In this document: positions 41,146-55,221 of the stretch, one piece after another
Numbering within the stretch: the first letter of the stretch is position 1
Layout of the letters: each line of letters opens with the position of its first letter
DNA from: Octopus vulgaris
Lineage: Eukaryota
Assembly: GCA_951406725.2 (NCBI GenBank)
Contig: OX597838.1
Location: 25,792,001 to 25,856,000, forward strand
DNA length: 64,000 nucleotides
Direction of reading: 5' to 3'
The notes under the pieces: model-generated
Told to the model about the DNA's origin: nothing
Database searches by the model: none
Seen by the model: the letters and a program-made list of their open reading frames with translations, nothing else
Position numbers and translations under genes: made by a program

Positions 41146-41385
41146 ATGTTGGTTACGATCTCTCGCACGCGGCTCCTGTGTTTTGCCGAGTCGCTGCACT
41201 TGCGTTGCACCCCCAGCTTGCACTCTTCACGGGGGTACAGCAAAAAGGGACAGGACAGCAATGAGATCAACAATGAGGGTAGTGAGAAAAAGAGAAAGGA
41301 TTTATTACTCAGCCTTCCCAAAACCAAACTGACCTTAACGCTTCGCGACGGAGCCGCTGCTAAGAGAGAAAAGGTTATTCAAGAA
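41146..41385 (+). CDS. IARS2: IARS2 exon 1 (presequence; [11 protein letters not shown]...LSLPKT...REKVIQE)
   Basis: ATG at 41146 in context AAAACATG, LPKT motif of the IleRS N-terminus, donor GAA|gtaagg, phase 0. Confidence 0.88.
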
Positions 41386-44300
41386 GTAAGGACCACATAT
41401 CACTTACGTTCGTTGTAATAATGTTGATGATTTCTGACTTAGGTACAAAGGCCAAGAATATGGTAATGGTGATTTCCCGTCTTCCCCTCCCCTATAGCGA
41501 CCTTATTATTTGACTAAATACTTTATTTTATCGACCTTAGAAGAATGAAATCATAATCGACATCGGCAGGATTTGAACTCTGAACATAAAAACGTGAAAG
41601 GACGTATCATGCTTCGGTTGTTTTCAGCAACCAATTTACTTCGATCTTTATGATGATGACAATAATAATAATAATAATCCTTTCTACTGTAGGTACAAGG
41701 CCTGAAATTTTAGTGGGAGGAGGGTTTGTTAATTAAATTGACTAGTTTCTTTTTTACTAGTATTTTATTTTATCGACCACAGAAGGATGCAAAGCAAAGT
41801 TAACCCCGGCGTATTTGAACTCAGAACGTATTTTGTCTAATAATTGTGATTTCTAAAATGCCTGGAATGATGAAAGGCAGCGTTGACCTCGGTAGGAATT
41901 GAACTCAGAACGTAATGGGTCGCAACCGAATATTGCTTAATTAAAGCTTACCGTCCATTAAATCAACCCTAGCTTATTGCTGTTGTTTTGTTTAGCATCA
42001 GGTGAACTCCAATCCAGAATCCCTATGATCACAGACCTTCCACCCGCGACCTTCCCATTGAAGCTCCTTCATTAGTTTGTGTCTGTTGGAGTTGTTTACC
42101 TCCCAGGCCAGTTCTGATTGAGTAGAATTATAATCAAAGACGTTTTTTGGTGTAAAAGGTTCCTGATTAAGCAGAATTATAATCAAAGACGTTTTTTGGC
42201 GATCTTTCGGTACAAGTACCACAACTGTCAATTATAAACCTACGTGGGTTTATTTACATTTCTGAAGAAAAAAGAAACCCTAACCCCACATATATATAAA
42301 AAAAATCTTTACGGAAAGTGACGATCTTCTTCTTCAAATTTAAACAAACAGACTTGGCAATTATGGTACTTGTACCAAAAGATCGCCCGTTTTTTTAGTG
42401 TAAAAGGTTCATGTTTTCATTTTGGTACATCGTCATCATCATCATTTAATGTCCGTTTTCCATGCTGGCATGAGTTGGTTGGTTTGACAGGAGCTGGCAA
42501 GCTGGAGAGTTGCTCAGGCTCGAATTGTCTGTTAAGTTGTGACATCATTAGTGTTATTGGGATGAAAAGAACTGTTGATTTTCGTGTGGCTTGAATTCGG
42601 CACTGCCAGGCATTTCTGTTCTCTTTGCTTCACTGTTTCTGTCAAGTTGCTGCCCTCATGTTAGCACAAGATCTCTGAAATTAGTAAAAAGTGGGTTACA
42701 ATAACAATAATCACAATGACACCACCACTCTAACAACCTGGTCTCTGTTTGTGTCTTTTCTTTTTCCTTTATACTTTTTGAGTCTGGAGGAAGAGTCACT
42801 CTCATGGCAATCACGGGCCCTCCCAGACTGGTGAGATTAATGCCTTGTCCCTTTTGAAGCCTTCTAATTCAACTCAACTCATCTCATCTCAATAAGGGCT
42901 TCATTAATCCTGAAGGAGGAACCCTTCCCTGGACTCCTTTCACTGCTGTTTGTTTCTGCCCAGCCTTAGCCATGTAGGCCCCCAGATAATGGGTGAGGTC
43001 ATCTTGCCATCTCTGTCTTTGGCTGGTCTCTTGGTCTTGTCCAGTAAGTTCACTGTTTTTTATTCAATAAAATAGTTTTTAACTATTACTAGTGAGGTAT
43101 TACTAGGCGCAGGAGTGGCTGTGTGGTAAGTAGCTTTCTAACCAACCACATGGTTCCGGGTTCAGTCTCACTGCGTGGCATCTTGGGCAAGTGTCTTCTG
43201 CTATAGCCCCGGGTCGACCAATGCCTTGTGAGTGGATTTGGTAGATGGAAACTGAAAGAAGCCTGTCGTATATATGTATATATATATATATGTGTGTTTG
43301 TGTGTGTCTGTGTCTGTCCCCCTAGCATTGCTTGACAACCGATGCTGATGTGTTTACATCCCCGTCACTTAGCAGTTCGGCAAAAGAGACTGATAGAATA
43401 AGTACTGGGCTTACAAAGAATAAGTCCTGGGGTCGATTTGCTCGACTAAAGGCGGTGCTCCAGCATGGCCGCAGTCAAATGACTGAAACCAGTAAAGAGT
43501 ATACTATGGATATATTTTCTTGGTAAACTTTCCTTTCGGTGAACTTTTCTCATGGTGAATTGATGGCAGTGAACTTACCTGTAATTGTCCATTCTGTCAC
43601 CCTGATTGTCCATCTGTTGTCTTTCAGTTGCACAATGTGGTCAGACCATCTGTATTTGCTCTCCTTGATGGTTCTTATTACATCATTGTAATTCAACATC
43701 TACAGAAAAGACACAAGCAGGCTAAGTGTTTCAGAGCGTCAACAATCTGGAGAGTAAGGACCGGGCTTAGTGGGTTGTTAGTGTGGTGCTTAGGGAGATG
43801 GAGATACAACACAGGTGATGAGAGGAGGATGGAGAAGAGAAATACCTGAGTGGAGGAGGTCTGAGCCCAGCTAGCTCTAAAGTGCAGAAGCCATTATAGT
43901 ACCAGTAGAAAAGGCAGCAAGAGGAGACAGTGTGTTTCCTGTGGGCCAGAGAATGGAGTGACTCTCTGAATGACTTAGTGCTAGTCTGCTGGATGACAAA
44001 CACTCATTCATATATATATATATATATATATATCTATACAATATGTTACATTACTCGTAGTCAAGATAAAACTCTGAGTTTCAGATGCCGAAGTGGAAAT
44101 CCACAACACCATCTCTTCGGTTATCTGGCTATTTGAAAACGTTATGAAAAAATACCGTTAAAAATGAAGGGAAATTACTCTGTTATAACTCTGCTTTGCC
44201 TGCGTACTTATACATCGCTCGCATTTTTCGTCATAAAAATTATATAAAAATACATAAAAATATATAAAAATATATAAAATCTTCTTGGGACATAACACAG

Positions 44301-44756
44301 AAAGCATGTTCTATCCGTTTTCTTTAGGGGACCAAAAACGTAACAGAAACATTTGTGACTGAATTTTCTGTTACGTTTTTGGTCCCCTAAAGAAAACGGA
44401 TAGAACATGCTTTCTGTGTTATGTCCCAAGAAGATTTTATATATTTTTATATATTTTTATATATTTTTATGTATTTTTATATAATTTTTATGACGAAAAA
44501 TGCGAGCGATGTATAAGTACGCAGGCAAAGCAGAGTTATAACAGAGTAATTTCCCTTCATTTTTAACGGTATTTTTTCATAACGTTTTCAAATAGCCAGA
44601 TAACCGAAGAGATGGTGTTGTGGATTTCCACTTCGGCATCTGAAACTCAGAGTTTTATCTTGACTACCGAGTAATGTAACATATTGTATAGATAAATTTC
44701 CTCTATTTACATAATATTGAGGTCTCTTTCTTTCTTTTGTTATCTTACCGTTTTAT

Positions 44757-44838
<82 letters not shown>

Positions 44839-45260
44839 TATATATATATATTCAAAATGTATATATATATATATATATACATTTAAAATGTGACCGTGTG
44901 TGTACCATTGGCGATTTTTTTCCTCTGTCTTCCCTTCTCTGGATCTTTCCTTCTCCTATGTTTCTGACGATGAGCTCTGCTCAAAACGTTAAACCCTCCT
45001 TCTTTCCTTGTTCCACGTCCTCGCGTTGTTGTGTTTTTTTTTTGTGCTTTCATGTTTGGATTAACTTTATATACAACATTGCTTTCTTCCTTATTTTTTC
45101 TAGAAAACTGGTTTTTCCAAACTTTATGAATGGCAAAGAAACCAGAAACAACGACCAGAGTTTGTTTTACATGATGGACCTCCATATGCCAATGGGTTAC
45201 TGCATGTTGGTCATGCTGTCAATAAGGTAAGTAAAGCAGTAGCTATTCTTTCTCTTTCAC

Positions 45261-45328
<68 letters not shown>

Positions 45329-48092
45329 CTGTCTATGTCTGCCTATCCATCTCAGTGTAGGCACATGTGTGGTTGACTGTGGTTAAGAAGCTTGCTTCCT
45401 AACCATGATGTCTTGGGTTCTGTTCCACTGTGTGGTACCATGAACAAGTGTCCTCTGCTATAGTCTTGGGCCAACCAAAGCCTTTATAAGTAGACTTGGA
45501 AACTGAAAGAAGCTCATCATACATATGTAATGTATATGTATGTGAGTGCGTGTGCATGTATGTATATATCTTCGTCTTGACATCATTTGATGGTTTTTAG
45601 TGAGTCTCACTATCATTCAGGTGGCGTTGTGTGTTTTCAGTCTTCCATGAAAAACATGTCTAGTCATGCAGAAATATTACCTTGCTTGGAAGCAGGTGAT
45701 GGTTGGTGACAAGAAGGACATCTGACTGGAAAAAAATCTACCTTACAAATTCTATCTGACCCATGCAAGCATGTATGCATATGTATATGTGTGTGTGTGA
45801 GTATCTCTTTGCTTTGGCATCACATGGTAGTTGTAAACAAGTCTCACTGTCATCCAAGCGGTGTCATTTGTTTCCAATCTTATGTGGAAACATGTCTGAT
45901 CTCTTTGCCTTGACATCACATGGTTGTTGTAAACAAGTCTCACTGTCATCCAAGTGGTGTCATTTGTTTCCAGTCTTATGTGGAAACATGTCTGATCTCT
46001 TTGCCTTGGCATCACACGGTAGTTGTAAACAAGTCTCACTGTCATCCAAGCGGTGTCATTTGTTTCCAATCTTATGTGGAAACACGTCTGATCTCTTTGC
46101 CTTGACATCGCATGGTAGTTGTAAACAAGTCTCACTGTCATCCAAGTGGTGTCATTTGTTTCCAGTCTTGTGTGGAAACATGTCTGGTCATGGAGAAATA
46201 TCACTTGAGTTGGAAACGAGTGAGTGTTGGTGACAGGAAGTGCATCCAGCTGTAGAAAATTTGCCTCAACAAATTCTGTCCAACCCGTCCCAGAATGGAA
46301 AAGTGAATGTTAAAAATGATGTTGGTTTTGCCTGTGGTTTTTATTTATTGAACAGATTTTAAAAGATATTGTGAACCGCCACAAACTGCTAGAAGGGTAC
46401 AGAATTGGATATTGCCCAGGTTGGGACTGCCATGGATTGCCCATTGAACTGAAGGCCATCAAACAGAAAGACAATGCAGTGAATGATCTTTGTCCATTGA
46501 CCATTAGAAATCGAGGTACGGTCTTTTGGTTTTTTTTTTTTTGTAGAGTGTGTTGTTGTTGTGTAACTTGCAATCAACAGGTAAACATTCACTCAATCCA
46601 CACACTCATATGGCAGTGCTCCAGCATGGCCACAGCTCGTGAGCTAAAACTAGATAAAATAAAATAAAAAAATATGCACCTGCATAGTCATTTGTGTGCA
46701 CATTCACATACACATGCCCACTCACTTTCACACACACACACACACTCACATTCACTTATATACACATATAGATGCATGTAGTCATGTAGTCATTCACACA
46801 CACACACATTGTTGTATTTAGTCATTCACACACACATGCTCACACAAACATACATACACACATTTGCACACATACGCATAACTGTTATGCACAATCACAC
46901 CACAGAACTCACACACACTTAAACTCAAAGGCATTCTAGCCAGGCCCATCCTGCCATTTAATGCATATCTAGGACTACTTTATCCAACAAAGCACAACAG
47001 CATATTTTGAGTGGGGGATTGCTATTTCTTATTTCTTTTCTGCCCACAAGGGGCTACACACAGAGGGTACAAACAAGGAGAGACAAAAGGATTAAGTTGA
47101 TTATTTTGACCCCAGTGCGTAACTGGTACTTAATTTATTAACCCCGAAAGGATAAAAGGCAAAGTTGACCTCGGTGGAATTTGAACTCAGAACGTAGCGG
47201 CAGACGAAATACCGCTAAGCATTTCGCCCGGCATGCTAATGTTTCTGCCAGCTCGCCACCTATGCTATTTCTAACAAATTAAGCAACCATATAAAATCTC
47301 CCATGTTGTTTCATCACCATTTAATGTCTGTTTTCCATGCTGGAATGGGTTGGGCAGTTTGGCAGGGTCCACCAAGTCAGAAGACTGCTCCAAATTCTAA
47401 CGTCTGTTTTGGCATGGTTTCTACTACTGGATGCCCTTCATAATGTCAGTCACTTTACAGAGGGTACTGGGTGCTTTTTTTAATGTGGCACCAGTAGCAG
47501 TGGTGTCTCCAAGTAATTTGCATGACAAGACAAGACCCTCCTTTACTGAGTGGGGAGTAGTATTGGGGACAGTAGGAGAGAAACATGACCACCTCAGGGA
47601 GAGAAAGAGAGAGAGAGAGAGAGGGGTGAAGATACGAGTGAAGTTGTCTCAAGATGTATTATATTTCCTGGTGTGTTCTTGCAGCTCGAAACTTTGCAAA
47701 AGGAGCCATCAAGCAACAGAAGGCCACATTCAAAAGGTGGGGTATTTTAGGGGACTGGAACACACCTTATTTGACCATGGACCCAAAATATTCCAGCTGT
47801 CAGCTCAATGTTTTCTACAGTCTCTATAAGAAGGTAAGTGATCAATGATCATCGTATCATTTATCTTTTCCTTTTTTTTCATTCGTTGTGTAATGGCCAT
47901 GCTGGGGCACTACCTCGAAGGGTTTGATTGAACAAATCGACCCCGGTACTTGTTTATTTATATTTTAAAATTCAAGTGCTTATTATTTTGGTCTCTTTTG
48001 CAAAACTGCTAAGTTATGGGGGCACAAACAAACCAACACTGGTTGACAGGCAGTGGGGGAGATGGACAGACACAAATAGACACATACACACT

Positions 48093-48125
<33 letters not shown>

Positions 48126-48332
48126 GATCTTAGCTTATTGTGTATGTGTGTGTGTGTTTGTCCCCTCATCATCGCTTGACAACTGATGTTTGTGTGTTTA
48201 CATTCCTGTAACTTAGCTGTTTGCCAAAGAGACCAACAGAATGAGTACTAAGCTTAAAAATAAGTCCTGAGGTTTAATTGTTTGATGGCTGCAGTCAAAT
48301 GACTAAAACAAGTAAAAGAATAAAGAATATAT

Positions 48333-48410
<78 letters not shown>

Positions 48411-50590
48411 TTTAGAATGGCATTGTAGGGTAGGTTCAAGAAGATGAATCTGGCCAGTTTGATCAAAATTAGGTAGAATATACCAGTGCTGAATATGGCA
48501 GATTAAAATTCTAAGGGGCTTAAGAAATGTCCAATCACAAAGAAAAATTTCAAAATGTCAACTACTTTAATTTTATTCATTTCATTTTTAAATTCTTTGC
48601 TTATTTTTTTCACCTCTGACTTTGTGAAAAAAAAAAATAATAATAAAAAAAACGAAGAAAAATAAAAACTATTTCTTTTTTTTCCTTTTTAATCCTAATT
48701 TTACTTGCAGGGTTTAATTTACCAAGATTTTATGCCAGTATACTGGTCTCCATCATCAAGGTAATCATATTTTTTATTAACTATATTTCATTTTCTTTTA
48801 CTGGTTCCAGCAGTGGCCATGCTAGAGCACCCTAAGTACCACCACCACCACCCATCGCCCAGCTTTCAATGTTTCTTCACTGTCAAAGCTATGTACAGAC
48901 CAATGCTTTGCCATGTGTGTGTAGCAAGAATATATTTCTCTGATTCTTTTTTGTTTGTATTATTTGTAGATTAAAGTTAAACATTGGTCTTTTATATCAG
49001 TGGTTTTCGTTCTTTTACCTGTGGACCCTTTTGGTCCCTCTTTTACTCAGGTGGATCCCCTAGGCATTTGATGTTTAAAAAATCATATTGAATTTTTTAA
49101 TTAAACATGCAAAGTGGCTGAGTTCTTTTCGAGTGTTGGGCCTCATAGAGGCAATGGCCAAGACCTTTGGCATTATGTCATGCTTGAAAAGAAGACCTGT
49201 CAAGCCGAGCAAAATCACAGTCTTGGCAGATACCGGTGTTGAGCAATTGGCACCTATGGTGATGGCACATAAACGCACTCAGGTGTCATGCAAATGGCAC
49301 CTGTGCCGGTGGCATGTATAAACACCCATTACACACTTGGAGTGGTTAGCGTTAGGAAGGGCATCCAGCCATAGAAAACTATGCCAAATCGGACTGGAGT
49401 CTGGTGCAGCCTTCCAGTGTGCCAGCCCAGTCAAACCATCCAACCCATGCCAGTCTGGACAACACGCTAAATGATGATGACAATGATAATGGTAATTAGG
49501 AATTGTATTAAAAAATTGTTAACATAGTTTGTGTAATGTACACATATAATCAATTTATTGCACATAAATTTTAACAACGAAACCTTATATGGAACCCCAA
49601 GGGGGTCACATGGACCCCTGGTTGAGAACCACTGGTTCATATTGATTACACAGGCTGACCCTCAGATCATTTGCTCTGGGCTGGAGCCATTCTACTTAAC
49701 CTTACCTTGTCAATTTGTGTGTTGTTACGGAGTTAACTCGAAAAGTAATGAAGCCCAACATGAGGTCTTTTATTTCCCTAAGTGACGTAACAGGTAACCT
49801 ATGGTTTAATAATGTTGATCAGCAAACAACAGTGATCACTGAGAACAGTCTATTATTTTGAAGCTTCAATACAGTCATTGAACAGTGCTACAAGGTGGCA
49901 TTTAAGAAAACATTGGGATCTGGAGTTCAAGTCTGACTTATCCATCTCCCTTTAAATTGTAGATCACATGCCAAACGGCACTTTTCTTTTTCTTAAGAAA
50001 TAATGTGAATTTAGTGCTGGTTTCTTGTAAAAATGCAACTGCCTTCATCTCGTCGCTAATCACATTGTAAAAATCTTTAGCCAACATCTTATGAGTTTTT
50101 GAAAAGCAACTTAAAGTAATCTCCCTTGTAGATCACACGCCAAAGCAGCACCCACAAATACACACACATCATCATCGTTTAACGTCTGTTTTCCACGCTA
50201 GCACAAATGCATACATACACACAAGCACAGAAACAAATGAACCAAATCATTTGATCACTGGAATCTCTTATCTTTCTGTTTCACTTTCCAGGACAGCACT
50301 TGCTGAGTCTGAGCTTATTTATAACGCCAAACATGTCAGCCAGTCACTGTGGCTGACATTTGATGCTCGAACGATTCCAGAGAGTTTAGTACAACTGAGT
50401 GAAGGTATGGAATTTCATTAAGGTCTTCTTCATTTTCTTCTTGTTGTTCTTCTTCATCATCTTCTTCTTGTTGCCATTACTTCCACTAAAAATGTTGTCT
50501 ACTTTGAAATTAGATTTTGATATTATATTATACATACATACATATGTGTGTGTGTGTGTGTATATGTTTACATGTGTATGTGTGTATATA

Positions 50591-50651
<61 letters not shown>

Positions 50652-50943
50652 GCATGGCTTAGTGGTTAGGGTGTCGGCATTGCGATCGTAAGATTGTGGT
50701 TTTGATTCCTGGACCGGGCGACGCGTTGTGTTCTTGAGCAAAACACTTCATTTCACGTTGCTCCAGTCTACTCAGCTGGCAAAAATGAGTAACGCTGTGA
50801 TGGACTGGCATCCCGTCAAGCTGGAGAACACATATGCCATTGAACCTGGGAAACCGGGCCCATGAGCCTGGCCAGGCTTCAAAATGGTGCATTTATTTAT
50901 TTTTTATATATGTATGTATGTATATATATATATATATATATAT

Positions 50944-50974
<31 letters not shown>

Positions 50975-53900
50975 TGTAATCATCATCATCTTCATATAAC
51001 GTCCTCCTTCCCTGACTTTCATCCTTTTCAGGGTCGATAAAATATGTGCCACTGAAGCACTGAGGTCAGTGTAATCGACTAGCCTCCTCCCTGCAAATTT
51101 CAGGCCTTGTGTCTGTAGAAGAGAGAAAAACTATTATTATTTTTATTGTTATTGAGTGAGAGAACAATGCATGCCATCAAAGTGTCACGGGGGTAAAATA
51201 TACGAAGCCCAATATACCCATCATGACTACCAGTCTGATAAGGATACACCTGGCATATACATCAAAACTATATGTGTGTGACATGGTGATTTCATATCAA
51301 GATAAACAGTACATGGCCTTGCAGGTGGGGCCCCCAGGTTGAGTAGCTCATCCCACTCAAACGGTCCCTGAATAAGGGTTGTTTAAGGATGTTGAACGAA
51401 ACATCCATATTTCCAGAGGTGAATTATTCAAACCTCAAAGAATTCCTCTCAATACACGGCTATAATGCTCCTCCACTACTTCTGCTCATGATCAGAGATG
51501 CACATGTCATCAGCCACTGAAGGACATGCTTAACTGGTTATGATCAAGCAAGTGACAAGTAAATCTGTGGTATTGAGCAGAATATTTGCTGTAGCCCATC
51601 TTTTATACCATAACAAAACAATGTACATGATAACACTTCCAATCAGTTAAGATCAGAAGCCACGAGAGCCACTGCCTGGTACTGCACTAAAGCATTTTAT
51701 TATTATTATAAATTGTTCATAAATATACATATTGTTATTAAAGAGGTTCAATTAGGGTGGTAAGCTGGCAGAATTGTTAGCACACCAGGCAAAATGCTTA
51801 GTGGTATTTCATCCCTCTTTACATTCTGAGTTCAAATTCTGCTGAGGTCACCTTTGCTTTTCATCCTTTCAGGGTCGATTGAATCAGTACCAGTTACACA
51901 CTGGGGTCAATGTAATCGACTTAATCCCTTCCCATAAATTTGAGGCCTTGTGCTTCCAGTAGAAAGGATTATTAAACAGGTTCAACAGTGATAGCTTTTC
52001 ATGTTTATATATTTCTGTTTTTAAGGCAAAATACTGAAAAAACCTGTTAAATTACTTGTTTGGACCACCACACCATGGACGATTCCAGCCAACCAAGCAA
52101 TTTGTTTTGGCGCTGACATTAAGTAAGTTATCACCAGAGTTTTTAACACATCATCAACACATACCAATTTGAGCACTCAGAGCACATGTCTATTAGTTTG
52201 AGTCACCGTGTCGAAAAAAAAACTCCTCGTATCTTATATATATATATATATCACCATCATCATCATCTTTGTTTAACGTCTGCTTTCCATGATGGCATGA
52301 GTTGGACTGTTTGAGTTGGAAGGCTGCACCAGGCTTCGATCTGTCTGGCAAAGTTTCTACAGCTGGATGTTCTTCCTAACGCCAACCACTCTGAGAGTGT
52401 AATGGGTGCTTTTATGTGCCAGTCAGGCGGTACTGGCAATGACCATACTCAAATGGTGTTTTTTACATGCTACCTGCACAGCTGCCAGTAAGGTGATGCT
52501 GGCAAAGATCATGCTCAAATGGTGCTTTTTGCATGCCACCAGCACGGGAGCCAGTCAGCAGCCCTGGCAATGATCACACTCGGATGGTGCTTTTAACATT
52601 CCACTGGCTTGGGTGCCAATCAGGCAGTACTGTCATCTGCCATGTCAGTGATTTTAATTTCACTTGTCTCGACAGGTCTTTGCAAGCAAAGATTATTGTC
52701 CGATGAATGAAGGATACTCATAAGTGGGCTGGTTATACACCACTGGCATAGGCCATGAGTTATGGTCTCACTTGGTTTGCCGGGTCTTCTCAAGCACAGC
52801 ATATCTCCAAAGATCTCGGTCACTAGACATTGCCTCGGTGAGGTCCAATGTTCAAAGGTCGTGCTTCACCACCTCATCCCAGGTCTTCTTGGATCTACCT
52901 CTTCCACAGGTTCCCTCAACTGCTAGGGTGTGACGCTTTTTCACACAGCTGTCCTCATCCATTCGCAACACACGACCATACCAGTGCAATCGTCTCTCTT
53001 GCGCACCACATCTGATGCTTCTTAAGTCCAACTTTTCTCTCAGGGCGCTTCCATATATGTATATATATATATATATATATAGCGCATGTGAAGGCGCATG
53101 GCTCAGTGGTTAGAGCGTCGAGCTTACGATCATGAGGTTGTGAGCTCGAATCCCGGACTGGGCTGCGTGTTGTGTTCTTGAGCAAGACACTTTACTTCAC
53201 GTTGCTCCAGATCACTCAACTGTAGAAATGAGTTGCGACGTCACAGGTGCCAAGCTGTATCGGCCCTTGCCCTTCCCTTGGATAACACTGGTGGCGTGGA
53301 GAGGGGAGGCCGGTATGCATAGGCAACTGCTGGTCTTCCATAAACAACCTTGCCCGGACTTGTGCCTGGGAGGGTAACTTTCTAGGTGCAATCCCATGGT
53401 CTGTGTCGTGACCGAAGGGGGTCTCAAATATATATATAGGGATCCACCAAGGATCAGTCCTCAGACCCCTTGTTCATCATTTAATATCTACACTACAATG
53501 CTTGCATGGATCAGAAAGATATATGTTGATACCAACGGCTCGTGGTTTATAGGTGCCAGAGACTTAAACATACACACTTTCACCATATACACATATTCCC
53601 ACACACATACATACACTCATGCACTGACACACACACACACACATACACATACACAGGGTTGGATTATCCAGAGCTAGCTACTAGTGTAAGAGAATGAGTG
53701 CATATTTGAATTAATTATCAATGCTACTACTACTACTGCCACTAATAAGCTGTAACTGTTTTTCATGTTTGTCAGGTACTGCTGTGTGGAAACTGCAGAC
53801 ACCATGTACGTATGTTGCGAGGAATTTGTCCCAACTCTTAAAGACATATTGGCGTCTCCTGCTGAGGTAACACTGACGTTTGAAGGTGAGTTTCTCTCTC

Positions 53901-54282
53901 TCAGTCTCTTGCAAGTCGTCTCGTTGCATACACCAACCCCGCCACACACACACAGAGGCATACATACACGACATTCACACACACACACACATACATAGAG
54001 GCATACATACACGACATTCACACACACACACACACACAGGCATATATACATGACATTCACACACACACACACACAGAGGCATACATACACGACATTCACA
54101 CACACACACAGAGGCATACATACACGACATTCACACACACGCACAGAGGCATACATACACGACATTCACACACACACACACATACACTGATGCATACACA
54201 CTGACACACACAAGCACTCGCACATGCACACTCGTGCACATACATGCACTGACACACAAACGTTGACATTCACCAAGGAGAC

Positions 54283-54328
<46 letters not shown>

Positions 54329-55181
54329 CAGGCTTCCTTTAGTTTCAATGTTCAATGAAGATGATGATGATGTGTATATGCATATGTATGTGTATTCCAA
54401 TATCTATTTCTTTACTACCCACAAGGAGCTAAAGATAGAGGGGACAAACAAGGACAGACAAACGGATTAAGTCGATTATATCGACCCAGTGCGTAACTGG
54501 TACTTATTTAATTAACCCCGAAAGGATGAAAGGCAAAGTTGACCTCGGCGGAATTTGAACTCAGAACATAGAGGCAGACGAAATACGGCTACGCATTTCG
54601 CCCGGCGTGCTAACGTTTCTGCCAGCTCGCCGCCTTGTGTGTTCCAATATCTTAAACATAGTGTGATGATTGTCAGTGAGCTTGATTGTCGTTCAAGCAC
54701 TGTTGTTCAGTTCCAGTCTTGCATGACAAAATGCTATCTTACTGGAAAGCAGATGAGGGTTGACAACAGGAAGAGCGTCCGGCTGTAGGAAATCTGCTTC
54801 AACTAATTCTATCTGAAGTAGGAAAAGCAAATGCTAAATAATGATGACAGTGTGTGTGTGTGTGTGTTTGGTGGGGCTGAAGATCACAAATGTGAAATTG
54901 CTGTTATGTGAGTTTGAGCAGCAAACGACCATGTTATATGTCCCAAGCACTTCTCTGCTTACTAAGTAAATTATGCGCATGGCCAGATGCCGCTGTATAC
55001 GAACTTCAAAAAGCAAGTTAAATGACTATTCAGCTTCAATCAACTGAGATAACAAAAAAAAAAAAGAAACCACCCAAAGAGAAGTGTTTCTTCATATTAT
55101 GAACCCTTGGAAAGCTGAAAGGCAAAGTGACAGGGTGACTGTATTTGACTACTACTACTACTAATACTGCTGCTGCTGCTG

Positions 55182-55221
<40 letters not shown>

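Noticed and set aside
53095-53165. tRNA gene-like sequence (also other SINE heads)
   Set aside because: A and B boxes are present but there is no acceptor stem pairing, and it continues into a multi-copy SINE body.
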